Positions 39,701 through 48,574 of a DNA stretch of 64,000 nucleotides are shown here, one piece after another (position 1 is the stretch's first letter; every line of letters begins with the position of its first letter). Source of the stretch: an uncultured virus (IMG/VR IMGVR_UViG_3300009104_000003). Taxonomy: Duplodnaviria > Heunggongvirae > Uroviricota > Caudoviricetes. Below the pieces are notes generated by a model that saw only the letters and a list, made by a program, of their open reading frames with translations, was not told the DNA's origin and did not search any database. The DNA is taken from the IMG/VR virus record IMGVR_UViG_3300009104_000003, one strand, 5' to 3'. The position numbers were made by a program, and so were the translations under genes.

Positions 39701-41475
39701 GCAGATCCGAAGTTTGCTATTCCACCTGCAGCTGATACGAGTAAAGTACCATCAGATATATCTAAAACTGCATTATTAGCAAAGTCTAAAGTAACTGCAT
39801 CGGTTCCATCACCGATTTGAATTGTTCTATTTGTTCCTGTTAGGGTTTGTGTTGTAGTATCTAAATTTAATCGTAATCTATCAGCTATTTCTGTATCATT
39901 AGCAATCATTCCTGCTTGAAGAAGATCTAATGTACCAGCGACAGTGTTTGCTCCGTATGTCCCATCATTATATGAATCGGAATCACCGAGTGCTGTATTT
40001 AAAAGATTAACTGCAGTTGTTATATTAGCTGCGCCAACTGCCTCTGTTCCTGATCCTGATATAACACCAGTTCCAAGGGTTGAATCTAATTCTACTACTG
40101 CCGCAGTTAAGTCAGTAGCTACTATATTTGTTCCAGTAGTTAATGTTGCTCCACTATTTCCAACATCACCTATATCAACTCTTATTTCTCTAAGTCCTGC
40201 TGATAAATCACTAGCAGCTAACCCAGTAAGAGTCATATTACCAATATCACCTTCATGCTCATTTAAAGCATCCATTACTGTTGATGAAGAGAATGTTCCT
40301 GCAAAGGCTTGTGTTGGTTCTACTCTTGCATTTAATACATCTATTTCTGTTTCTAATTCGAGTATAGCAGGACCTACTGTTGAAGCAGTTGTTCCCATAG
40401 CAGCTGCAGAGATTGTTCCTAGTTCAGCATCATGTTCATTAACTGCTGCAAGTAAATCATTTCCTGTAGTTGTAAGTCCAGCTGAAATTAGACTAGAGGA
40501 ACTTCCTCTTATGCCTGTTTCTAACTCATTAACAGCTGTTACTACATCTGCTTTATCAGTTGTGCCTAATGCAGTAATATCACCAACATCATCTTGAACT
40601 TCATTAATAGCATCAACTGCATCATTTGAAATAACTAGAATTGCCTGAGAACCAGTAGCTAAGGTATGTAATTCTACAATAGTACCATAACTTGCATCTA
40701 CCGATACACCACTAGATAAATTAGCTGCAAGAATTCTGTCTCCACTAGTCTCAGATTGTTTTAACATAACACTGGCACTGAATGATCCGGTGTATGTTTT
40801 TAAGTAGACGTTAGATGTAGTAGTTTTTAATATTGTACCTGTAAATGTTTCTGATCCTACACTACCTTGATAAACAGTTGCACCTTCCGAAAAGGTAGCT
40901 AATACGGCTGGTGATCCTGTAAGAGTAATAGTATATGCAAGGTTAGGTACATGGAATCCTGCCTGAACTTGTGTTTGTGTTTGTTCTGTTCCACCTTGTT
41001 TGACTCTTACATATCCTACTGCAACTGATTCAGAAACTGTTCTTACTAAATTAGCATGAGCAATACTTTGTCCACTAACTGTTAGATTTTCTCCAGCATT
41101 AAATGTTCCACTTACTGTGCTAAATGCTGCTTTATTTGTATTAATCCATAAGATCTTACCAGAGAATCCACCAGTCTGAGTAGCCGTAGCTCCTGCAACA
41201 AAGTTTGAAGGTATTGTTGGTGATCCAGTAAAGATAACCACATGAAGCATATCCGTAACTGTTTCTGGTGCTTCTTCAAATCTTAAAGTTTTAGATCCAG
41301 TATCAGTACCAGTAAATAGTGCATCTCCAGCAGAAGCTGTATATGTATAAGTTTTATCTAATATTCTAGAATCTAATTGATCAACATCACCTAATTCGAA
41401 GGAAACTTCATTGCTTTTTTGTCTCCATCCTTCAAAGGTATCTGTTTTTATTACTCTAGTTTCGTTATTCGCCAT
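36784..41475 (-). CDS. Long fibre protein with coiled-coil segments and C-terminal intramolecular chaperone (1563 aa)
   Basis: DTFEGWRQKSN N-terminus, repeated A(V/I)NE helical segments, VGLGNV repeats, SSDERLK...GISAQQV..VLPEAV...YDKLVPLLIE. Confidence 0.85.
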   Translation of the reverse strand: MANNETRVIKTDTFEGWRQKSNEVSFELGDVDQLDSRILDKTYTYTASAGDALFTGTDTGSKTLRFEEAPETVTDMLHVVIFTGSPTIPSNFVAGATATQTGGFSGKILWINTNKAAFSTVSGTFNAGENLTVSGQSIAHANLVRTVSESVAVGYVRVKQGGTEQTQTQVQAGFHVPNLAYTITLTGSPAVLATFSEGATVYQGSVGSETFTGTILKTTTSNVYLKTYTGSFSASVMLKQSETSGDRILAANLSSGVSVDASYGTIVELHTLATGSQAILVISNDAVDAINEVQDDVGDITALGTTDKADVVTAVNELETGIRGSSSSLISAGLTTTGNDLLAAVNEHDAELGTISAAAMGTTASTVGPAILELETEIDVLNARVEPTQAFAGTFSSSTVMDALNEHEGDIGNMTLTGLAASDLSAGLREIRVDIGDVGNSGATLTTGTNIVATDLTAAVVELDSTLGTGVISGSGTEAVGAANITTAVNLLNTALGDSDSYNDGTYGANTVAGTLDLLQAGMIANDTEIADRLRLNLDTTTQTLTGTNRTIQIGDGTDAVTLDFANNAVLDISDGTLLVSAAGGIANFGSAFLNLDANLSTGMGLQVDRDHITQFGTMTNHDVRLQWNEAIAHNGSSLVNPEEAWQLIGMETDGTTNTTSIVTRYNAFNLIANNTESGINVTWDATNENFDFDVNDFSITLTGDVTGTATITNLANQNLITTIANNSVDLGAHTTGNYIATIAGTANEITVSGSGSETAAVTLALPDDVTIGNDLTVTDYTRTAGLRVATSGSDPGDGNAIISNDLTVGGDITITGNLDVNGTTTTLNTTSLEVDDTIILMGASNSYPSSGGFGIETRPFTGQTNPHANAAAGVAGTHSLVYNFATDRWEADGSLVLSEATLGTAEVAITNSSGTDLTGDGNMELSGTRRLHFREGTGIELDNGDVGITGNDIDIPITNSDRGSSQNIWKVITPTTGSGLSPSSYGGNNAALYFDAGTGITVTSSTPNSQAHFTWALADTGAGAATYGQTGSEDGQYIKSVVVNAKGQVTAVTADDFDDRYMDRSNNQTVNGIKTFTSTIVGSINGSSASCTGNAASASNAATLDGVDSSQFLRSDTADSFTGSLTMGTQNALVASDYGHGVHGLYNAGKYHHVWGRSTSNTMHASGNNLTGFYGLAWADAALNNKAGGNQLFVVQNGSITSALGTNIWTSGIISGIGSGITDLNGSEIDTGTVAAARIANLDASKITTGTLADARIPNLNTSKLTAGTLPASRGGTGLTSVSTLLNSNTTKSDVGLGNVDNTSVADIRSGTTKSDVGLGNVDNTSVADIRSGTTASNVGLGNVTNESKATMFTAPTFTGTVANFTVGTITGSITGNAGTVTNGVYTTGNQTIGGTKTFSSVCNFASSQSANAKWLNTDNNTQTRILFTVATSDGSGPIYHSGGLTVNSSSNIFYATDFVASSDERLKIKVGTLDNALDKICALDGFLYTWNDKAESEDKETVQVGISAQQVQEVLPEAVDEGDNGYLGVKYDKLVPLLIESIKELKSEVEELKSINSKDKG
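37468..37605. repeat. Exact 66-bp tandem duplication inside fibre gene
   Basis: tgttgttcctgatctaatatctgctactgaagtattatctacattacctagtccaacatcagattt twice (period 66) encoding TKSDVGLGNVDNTSVADIRSGT. Confidence 0.95.
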
Positions 41476-41696
41476 TATTTACTCGCTATCTTTTTTAAAA
41501 GTTTTTTAATTTCTTCAACATCCTTTTTAAGCTCCATTATATCCTCAGATTGTTTTTCATCTCTTTTGGATTTTGCTATCTGAGATAATCTTGCTTCATA
41601 TGCTTTATCACTATTATTTATAATAGCATTAGTAGATAAATCACGAACTAAATCCGGATTATCTTCAACTATTGCTGTTTTTTGTTTCTTTGCCAT
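41475..41696 (-). CDS. Small conserved protein (73 aa)
   Basis: LVRD..TNAIIN + coiled coil; usual neighbour of the VrlC-like gene. Confidence 0.75.
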   Translation of the reverse strand: MAKKQKTAIVEDNPDLVRDLSTNAIINNSDKAYEARLSQIAKSKRDEKQSEDIMELKKDVEEIKKLLKKIASK

Positions 41697-41700
41697 ATCT

Positions 41701-44700
41701 TTATAATGCTGCTATTGCTCTAAAATCTTTAACACTTGGAACATATGAACTATCGCTTGTTCTTAATACAAGTTTAATTGCAAATGAACCAAAATTTGCC
41801 CCAGGAGCTATAACATAATGTACCTCGTTATATATTCCTCCATCATTATCTGGAATTACAGATTCTGGTGCATCTAATACCCAAGCTTCAGAATCAAAAT
41901 CACTATCTGATCCTGCAGGTAATGTTTTATAATATAGATCTATATTAGCATTCTTAGGTTTATTAGCACTGATATAAACATCAATATTTGATGCTTCGTT
42001 CTTAAGATCTATTCTCTTAGTAATATATTTATTTATTTCTGATCCACCTGTAGCTACTGTTTCAGCAACGTATGTTCTACCATATCCAGTATTATTATAA
42101 CCTGAACCACCTGAATTATTTCCTGCATCATTTACTTTATTAGAGATTAACGTTGCACTACATCTATTCATATCAATAATTGGTGATAGAGTAGATGTTC
42201 CTGCAAATGTAGCTGTTAAAGCCAGTGAAGTATTTTCTGTTATGCTTTGTGCTATTTCATTTCTTTGTGAGCAAACTGTATGTAGTGCTGTAAGTACATT
42301 ACTAGAATTAGGTAATACTGCTCCAATTGTAGAAGCTGCATAAGCTGATTCTGTTCCATCTTGAGATTTACCTGTACGTCCTGCTAAACTATAACTAAGA
42401 CCAGTTCCTGGAACTTCGAGAGTTTGTATTTGTGGAACGAATATATTATAATTTATATTACCTGCAGCTGTCATTGCTGAACCACCACCATCAATTGCAA
42501 CAGTTGTTGCATTATCACTTGAAATAAGAATTGAATAAGAATCATGTTCTACATTTCCTATAACGTGAGTTGCATTAATCTTAGCAGCTGCTATACCATT
42601 AACTTCACCACTTTGTCCAGCTAAGTCTACACTACTTCCAGCATACATACCGTGATTTGGATGTGTAACCCTTATAATACAATCTGATCCTGAATTAGCA
42701 ACATATCTAAGTGGATTAGCTGGTAATGTTTTAGTTGGCATTCTATCATTATTTAATACCACTGTACCAGAAGTTTGAGTAAAGTTACATCTATTAAGTT
42801 TGAATTTAAGATCTTTAGTTTGTTCTGGAGTCCAGGTTGAAGCATTTTGTGATGTAAAGAATACTCCATTATAAGGCTGTTTTGTAACCCTATTGGCTGT
42901 ATTCTGTAGATCAAATCCACCAACTTCTGCAATGAATACCTTGTAATCATCTGATTGAGATATTAATACAATTGCATATTCTTGATCTTGTCCTAAATAA
43001 ATTGGATGATCGAATGTAAATTTAGTTGCTGTTGCTCCAGTAGCTGAAGTTGTTATCGCACTTGGGTACATATTAACACTTGACCCTGGAACAACCTGTT
43101 GTGTTGGTGTTCCATTCTCAACTGCTCTTATTGAAAGATTAATTGGTATACTAGCATCTTCAGCTGCTATATAAATTTCACAAGATGAAGCGAATATACC
43201 ACCAGCAGTATCAACAATAAATGTTTGTGCTAATGGATCAACCCACTCAACTGGATCTGTAAATCTTGTAATTGCAGTATCTTGAATAACTCTAGAATCT
43301 GTTAATTCTGTTGATACAAATTTAGGTACCTTAGTTGATATTATAACATTTTCTTTAACCTCAAGTAAACCCTGAGCGTGATAAAGAGCTTCTGCAAAAG
43401 TTGTTTCATCTGTTTTAGAATTAGTATTTGAATCACTTAGTCTAAATTCTCTTGTACCTGTTTTAAATTTAAGTGTAGAGTTATGTGGTATTCTAAATGA
43501 TCCTTCAACTTTACCTGCTGCATCAGTAATCAAATCAGAATTAGAGGCATGAGCTGTAGCATCTTTAAAACTAGCTACTGCAGTTCCAACTGATTGACCT
43601 GACCATTCGACAAAAGATGTTTCTGCACAGAAATCTGTTACATTTGCACCATTAAAGAATGCGTAAACCTTTGTATTTGGTTTCATTCTTTCTGCTTTAA
43701 AGAATATTTCTCTTGATCTCATAAATGGAACAAAGTTTGTTTCAACTACTCTTGAGCCCATTTCTTTTAATTGAGTATCAGGTACAACGGTTGTTCTTAA
43801 CCCTGATCTAGCTTGATTAGATGTAGTAGTTGTTGCAACAGTAGTTGTAGTAGAAGCTCCTCTCCTTCTTCTCCATCTACTCCAGAATCTTCCACCATCT
43901 TCTTGTTCAATCATATTTGAGCTAGTACTTTCCGTAACTTCTACGCCAGTCCAGTTAGTTTCCCATTCATTCCAAACTGTTCCAAGTATTCCAGATTCTT
44001 CAGCCATATTTACTAACTGATCATAAACTCCTTCATCATCAATCACTACGTCTGGTCTTGTATCTGTATCTTTCCATTCATCTGATTCAGGAGAAAGTTT
44101 CATTTCTCCACCCCAGGTGAATACATTATATGGGTTAACAAACTCAGACATTGTAGCATAAGGTTGTTCTATATAAACTGTTTCAGTAAATGGTAGGTGA
44201 AGTAAAGAACCTGTTTTTGTTACATTACTTGTAGTTCCTTGGATCATTCTAATATTATCTTCATGGAATCTTGGTCTAAGTACACCATTTCCTTTATCAA
44301 TTGAACAATTATAATCTGGGTGAGTTATATTACCAATATTATGTCCATAGAATCCATCAACTACGATACCATTTTTTAATCTATCGTTAGCTGAACCATC
44401 TTGTATTTGTATTTGTGAAGCTTCTTTTTCTAAAAGAGAAAGAGAAGTATAGTATTCTAGGTTCTTCACCCTTGAATCGATAGCACCAATATCCCGCATT
44501 GTATAGCGTTTGGAATCTATCTTAACTGGAATACAATCTCCAGTATTAAATACGTAAGGTTGATGATGTAATTCAAATATTGTCATTGAATCATCTATAT
44601 CATCTGGTGATTGTGGATTAGTAGCAGCTACACCCGTTACTGCTGCAAAATCTCCTTCTCTATCAATATAGAGTTTATCAATTCTACCTAAATAGTGAGA

Positions 44701-46923
44701 TATATCTGCTTGAGCAACTCCTCCTGGTTTTGGAGCATCTGCATTTGAAAATCCTGTTCCGTTTGTAAATACATTATCTTCTGTAAATGAACCTGCACTA
44801 GCTTTAGTTGGTCTAAAATCAATACAATCTCTAAGTTCTACTTTACCTTGAGATGAATCAAATGTAGGAATATCTGTATATGTAGGATATGAATCTACTG
44901 TAAAATAATCCCCTGTTTGAGCGTGTGAAAAATGTTTAAATGCAATATTAACTACTGTACCATTAGCTAACCAATTACCAATTGGATATAATCTACCTTC
45001 ATCATAGAAATTATCTCTCTGTCCATTATCAAGTCTAAATTTATCACTAGCATCTGCTCCACCTATTGTAATTGATGTAATAGAATGAATATCTGATTTA
45101 TCTAAAGGAATATATCCTGTAGCACTTGCATATGTGAAATCAGCTGCTGCTATTGTTTCTAGGGTTTTATTTTTCTTTCCACCTGAAGCAGTTTTTTGAA
45201 CTGTACATATAGCTTTTACGTGTGGTGTTCCAGAAGCGAATCCAGTAAGTGCACTTCCTACATTAGTAAGTGTTAGAGTTGTAGTTCCTACTCCACCAAC
45301 GGTTCCAGATGCTGCTACCTGAGGAGCATTTCCTGCAGTTGCAACCATTATATCTGAATTAGATTGTAGATTTCCAGGAAGATTACTAAATACTACCGCT
45401 GCACTTGTTCCAGTTCCTGATACAGTTCCTTCAACCTCTACTCTTACATTATATTCTAACGGATCTGCAGGAGAAGAATCTAGTAGTGATTTAACTCCAT
45501 CATATGGTAATTTAAATACTAATCCATTATTACCTGAATCATATCTTACTCCAACTACAGATAAATGACCATCAAAATCTTGATTTGTTTGAGTTTGAAA
45601 TACATTATGAACATTAGAGAATGTTTGACCACTATTCATTGTTATATCAAATAGGTATAAATTCCAAACAGTAGCTGTATATTCTTCAAGTCCTCTTACT
45701 CTTGCATAACCAATAACAGTATCTGAGCTATTTCTTAAAGAAATTCTAGAATAAGAATTAATATCTGGCATACCAGTAATAGTAGATACAGTTAATCTAA
45801 CATAGTTACCAATAGGTAATACTACAGATTTTTCATTTTCATTAACGTGATCTCTTGGTTTATCTACTGCAACATATTTTGTTGCTAAGTTTTCTACTCT
45901 AAATCCCTGTACATAAGCTATTGATGGTTCAACACCAATTGCCAATTTAGTGGCTACTCCACCTTGACCTGATGTTAAATATCCACCATTACCTGCTCCA
46001 TCATCTAGATGCTCTCTAATATCTAAGGAGAATGGAGCAACAGAATAATTACCTGATTCTTCGTGTGTTCGTCTAGCTAATCTTGTAGTTAATTCTGTAT
46101 TAGCTGTTTTAGTATCTGTCTTAACCTGTATAATACCAGCTTTAATTTTCATTAACATGATATAATTAGCATAGGTTGTATTTGGTGCAGTTAAGCTTTC
46201 TTTGATTAAAGCTGTTGCAATTTTATATCTGTGTGCACCTGGTGCAGCATAATTTGGAGTTCCTTGAGCATTATCTACAAGAGATACATCAGTTGAATTA
46301 TCTACTAAACTTTCAGTGACAGATAATCCAATTATATAGGAAGGAGTATTAGTATATTTGTCTAGAATTAATGTTTGTTTTGCTACATAAGCCAGAGTAC
46401 CTGAAATAAAATAAACTCCTTCATCTATATCTACTTTTGATCCTTTTCCAGTAGAAGATGAAGATGCTAATGTTGCGGTTTTAGAATTTGTATCTGTAAT
46501 TGTTTCGCCATTAACAAATAATTTAGTTGCGTTAGCTGTACCTGAAGTATCATATTTAATATAAAGAGTATCTGGATCACCACCTGTTGCAGCCACTGCA
46601 GCTAATACTGTAGCCGTGACTCCATTGGTTCCACCTGTAATAGTATTTCCTACAAAAGCAGCAACGGCCGAGGTTGATGTTAATTTAATAAAATCATATT
46701 CGGTATTAACCGTGACTTTACCACCAACCACTCTAGAACCATCTTCGAACGAATATTGACCAAGTTTATCTATCTGAGAATATAATGATGTTTGTAATTG
46801 AGTTAATTCCCTTGCTTGAACTGCAAATCCCGGACGAAATAAAACACGATGATAGTTTTTTGACTCATCGTAGTCATCATAATAAGGGGCTATGTTATAA
46901 TTCTTAACTTTCGTAATTGCCAT
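41701..46923 (-). CDS. Large virion structural protein (VrlC/DUF4815-like), 1740 aa
   Basis: PYYDDY, VLFRPGFAVQARELTQLQ, APGAHR, LARRT.EESGNY, RYTMRDIG, LEYYTSLSLLE, DPLAQTF, F.SQNASTW, DFRAIA. Confidence 0.9.
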   Translation of the reverse strand: MAITKVKNYNIAPYYDDYDESKNYHRVLFRPGFAVQARELTQLQTSLYSQIDKLGQYSFEDGSRVVGGKVTVNTEYDFIKLTSTSAVAAFVGNTITGGTNGVTATVLAAVAATGGDPDTLYIKYDTSGTANATKLFVNGETITDTNSKTATLASSSSTGKGSKVDIDEGVYFISGTLAYVAKQTLILDKYTNTPSYIIGLSVTESLVDNSTDVSLVDNAQGTPNYAAPGAHRYKIATALIKESLTAPNTTYANYIMLMKIKAGIIQVKTDTKTANTELTTRLARRTHEESGNYSVAPFSLDIREHLDDGAGNGGYLTSGQGGVATKLAIGVEPSIAYVQGFRVENLATKYVAVDKPRDHVNENEKSVVLPIGNYVRLTVSTITGMPDINSYSRISLRNSSDTVIGYARVRGLEEYTATVWNLYLFDITMNSGQTFSNVHNVFQTQTNQDFDGHLSVVGVRYDSGNNGLVFKLPYDGVKSLLDSSPADPLEYNVRVEVEGTVSGTGTSAAVVFSNLPGNLQSNSDIMVATAGNAPQVAASGTVGGVGTTTLTLTNVGSALTGFASGTPHVKAICTVQKTASGGKKNKTLETIAAADFTYASATGYIPLDKSDIHSITSITIGGADASDKFRLDNGQRDNFYDEGRLYPIGNWLANGTVVNIAFKHFSHAQTGDYFTVDSYPTYTDIPTFDSSQGKVELRDCIDFRPTKASAGSFTEDNVFTNGTGFSNADAPKPGGVAQADISHYLGRIDKLYIDREGDFAAVTGVAATNPQSPDDIDDSMTIFELHHQPYVFNTGDCIPVKIDSKRYTMRDIGAIDSRVKNLEYYTSLSLLEKEASQIQIQDGSANDRLKNGIVVDGFYGHNIGNITHPDYNCSIDKGNGVLRPRFHEDNIRMIQGTTSNVTKTGSLLHLPFTETVYIEQPYATMSEFVNPYNVFTWGGEMKLSPESDEWKDTDTRPDVVIDDEGVYDQLVNMAEESGILGTVWNEWETNWTGVEVTESTSSNMIEQEDGGRFWSRWRRRRGASTTTTVATTTTSNQARSGLRTTVVPDTQLKEMGSRVVETNFVPFMRSREIFFKAERMKPNTKVYAFFNGANVTDFCAETSFVEWSGQSVGTAVASFKDATAHASNSDLITDAAGKVEGSFRIPHNSTLKFKTGTREFRLSDSNTNSKTDETTFAEALYHAQGLLEVKENVIISTKVPKFVSTELTDSRVIQDTAITRFTDPVEWVDPLAQTFIVDTAGGIFASSCEIYIAAEDASIPINLSIRAVENGTPTQQVVPGSSVNMYPSAITTSATGATATKFTFDHPIYLGQDQEYAIVLISQSDDYKVFIAEVGGFDLQNTANRVTKQPYNGVFFTSQNASTWTPEQTKDLKFKLNRCNFTQTSGTVVLNNDRMPTKTLPANPLRYVANSGSDCIIRVTHPNHGMYAGSSVDLAGQSGEVNGIAAAKINATHVIGNVEHDSYSILISSDNATTVAIDGGGSAMTAAGNINYNIFVPQIQTLEVPGTGLSYSLAGRTGKSQDGTESAYAASTIGAVLPNSSNVLTALHTVCSQRNEIAQSITENTSLALTATFAGTSTLSPIIDMNRCSATLISNKVNDAGNNSGGSGYNNTGYGRTYVAETVATGGSEINKYITKRIDLKNEASNIDVYISANKPKNANIDLYYKTLPAGSDSDFDSEAWVLDAPESVIPDNDGGIYNEVHYVIAPGANFGSFAIKLVLRTSDSSYVPSVKDFRAIAAL

Positions 46924-46945
46924 ATTTTTCTCTTCTAAAAATTAA

Positions 46946-48571
46946 TTAGAATTCAATAATCAGTTTAATATCTTCAATTTGTGAGGATGACCTATTGATT
47001 GCATCTCTATTTTCTAGGAATAAGAGTTGACCTGAATTCATTTTTACTTCTGGACCATAACCATTCGTGGCTTGTCCATACCAAGTTGTTCCTGAAGTTG
47101 TATTTAATACTGAACTTCCACCTGAAGGTAAGGTTCCTGTAATAGTATCTCCAGATACAAAATCAGCATATCCTGTTTTTGAATTCTGAACATAATATAA
47201 AACCTTATTAGTAGTATCTATTTCAACTAAATAAGCTTTAGCTCCAGAGCTTGATCCAACAATAACTTGATCAACTGCAAATCCAGAAACTGAACCAGCA
47301 CTAGCTAATACTAAAGCTTTTCTTGCTCTTAGTGTAGTAGCTGTAGCAGTAACATCTGTTCCAAAGTTTTGAGGTTTTTTGATTAATGATATTTGTCTAA
47401 AATCGTTTCCTACGGTAAGATCTCCACCTTCTGAGCCTGATAGTTGTGAATTAACTGCAACATAAAATGCTCCAAGTTCTTTTACAGGATCTATTCCGTG
47501 TCCTCCCGAAGGAGTAATAATTGCTCTTCCAGCTGCAGCAGTACCGCCACCAGATGTAACGCTACCAATAAGTAAATCTGCAACAGTATATCCATCACCT
47601 TTATTAGCTTCTGTACCAGAACCAGCACTTGAAACTGTGATTGCCGTAACTGCTCCTCCAGAAACAGTAGCTACCGCGAGCGCGTTAGTACCATCTCCTC
47701 TAACAATAACGTCGGGAGCAGAAACATATCCTGAACCTCCAGCAGTGACTTCATATCTTTCTATACCAGCTACTGCAGTAAGTGAGGTATCAGCTGAATT
47801 TATTTGAGCTGTTTGATTAGCATAGTTAACATCTGTATCTGCTAATCTACCAAAAGTTAATGTAGTACCATTAGCAACTGCTCTTGCAGTTGATAAAGTA
47901 AGTGTTGTTCCATCAATAGCTGCAACTGTATCTCCGGCTGTTATTCCAGAACCAGTAACTAACATACCAGCTACAATATATTCATTAGCAGCTGTTAGCG
48001 TAACAGTTGTACTTGAAGATCCACCATTACCTCCAGTAGAGGTTGATACAGTTGGTTCAGTTCGAACTGGTAGATATGAAATAGTTAAAAATTTCTCTGC
48101 ATCAGTTACTGAAACTGTATACATATATTTCCATTTGTAAGAATCAGATTCTGCAGTTGGATCTGTATTAATATGTGTTGGTTCAACAGTTGATTGTGTT
48201 CCTGGTGAGGATATACACTTATAAACTTTATATTCTGAAGTAACGACATAAAATGCTTTATCGTATATTGCAGAATCATCTGAATCCCAAGCAGTATAAG
48301 TTGTTCCTGAAGTCCAAGTGTGCCGTGGTACGATGTGTGCTACATCTGCAGAGGCTATCTTTTTCATACCAATCATATTCTGGTATGCTTCATGAATATC
48401 ATCTATTCTGTCTTGTGGAGTGAAGGGTGTGGTTGCATCCGTTAAATCTGAGGTTGCTGTAGACCAAACGTCTGTTTTACCAATCCCTACATATACTGAA
48501 GAACCGGCAACATCCTCTTTAAAATTCTCTGCATTTACCACTCTAAAGGGGGTTGTTACTATTGCTGTCAT
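46946..48571 (-). CDS. gp8: Baseplate wedge subunit
   Basis: AIVT..FRV.NA, VYKC, YKWKYMY, GGHG.DPVKELG, NDFRQI, ENR..I.R...Q.EDIKLIIEF. Confidence 0.9.
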   Translation of the reverse strand: MTAIVTTPFRVVNAENFKEDVAGSSVYVGIGKTDVWSTATSDLTDATTPFTPQDRIDDIHEAYQNMIGMKKIASADVAHIVPRHTWTSGTTYTAWDSDDSAIYDKAFYVVTSEYKVYKCISSPGTQSTVEPTHINTDPTAESDSYKWKYMYTVSVTDAEKFLTISYLPVRTEPTVSTSTGGNGGSSSTTVTLTAANEYIVAGMLVTGSGITAGDTVAAIDGTTLTLSTARAVANGTTLTFGRLADTDVNYANQTAQINSADTSLTAVAGIERYEVTAGGSGYVSAPDVIVRGDGTNALAVATVSGGAVTAITVSSAGSGTEANKGDGYTVADLLIGSVTSGGGTAAAGRAIITPSGGHGIDPVKELGAFYVAVNSQLSGSEGGDLTVGNDFRQISLIKKPQNFGTDVTATATTLRARKALVLASAGSVSGFAVDQVIVGSSSGAKAYLVEIDTTNKVLYYVQNSKTGYADFVSGDTITGTLPSGGSSVLNTTSGTTWYGQATNGYGPEVKMNSGQLLFLENRDAINRSSSQIEDIKLIIEF

Positions 48572-48574
48572 TTT

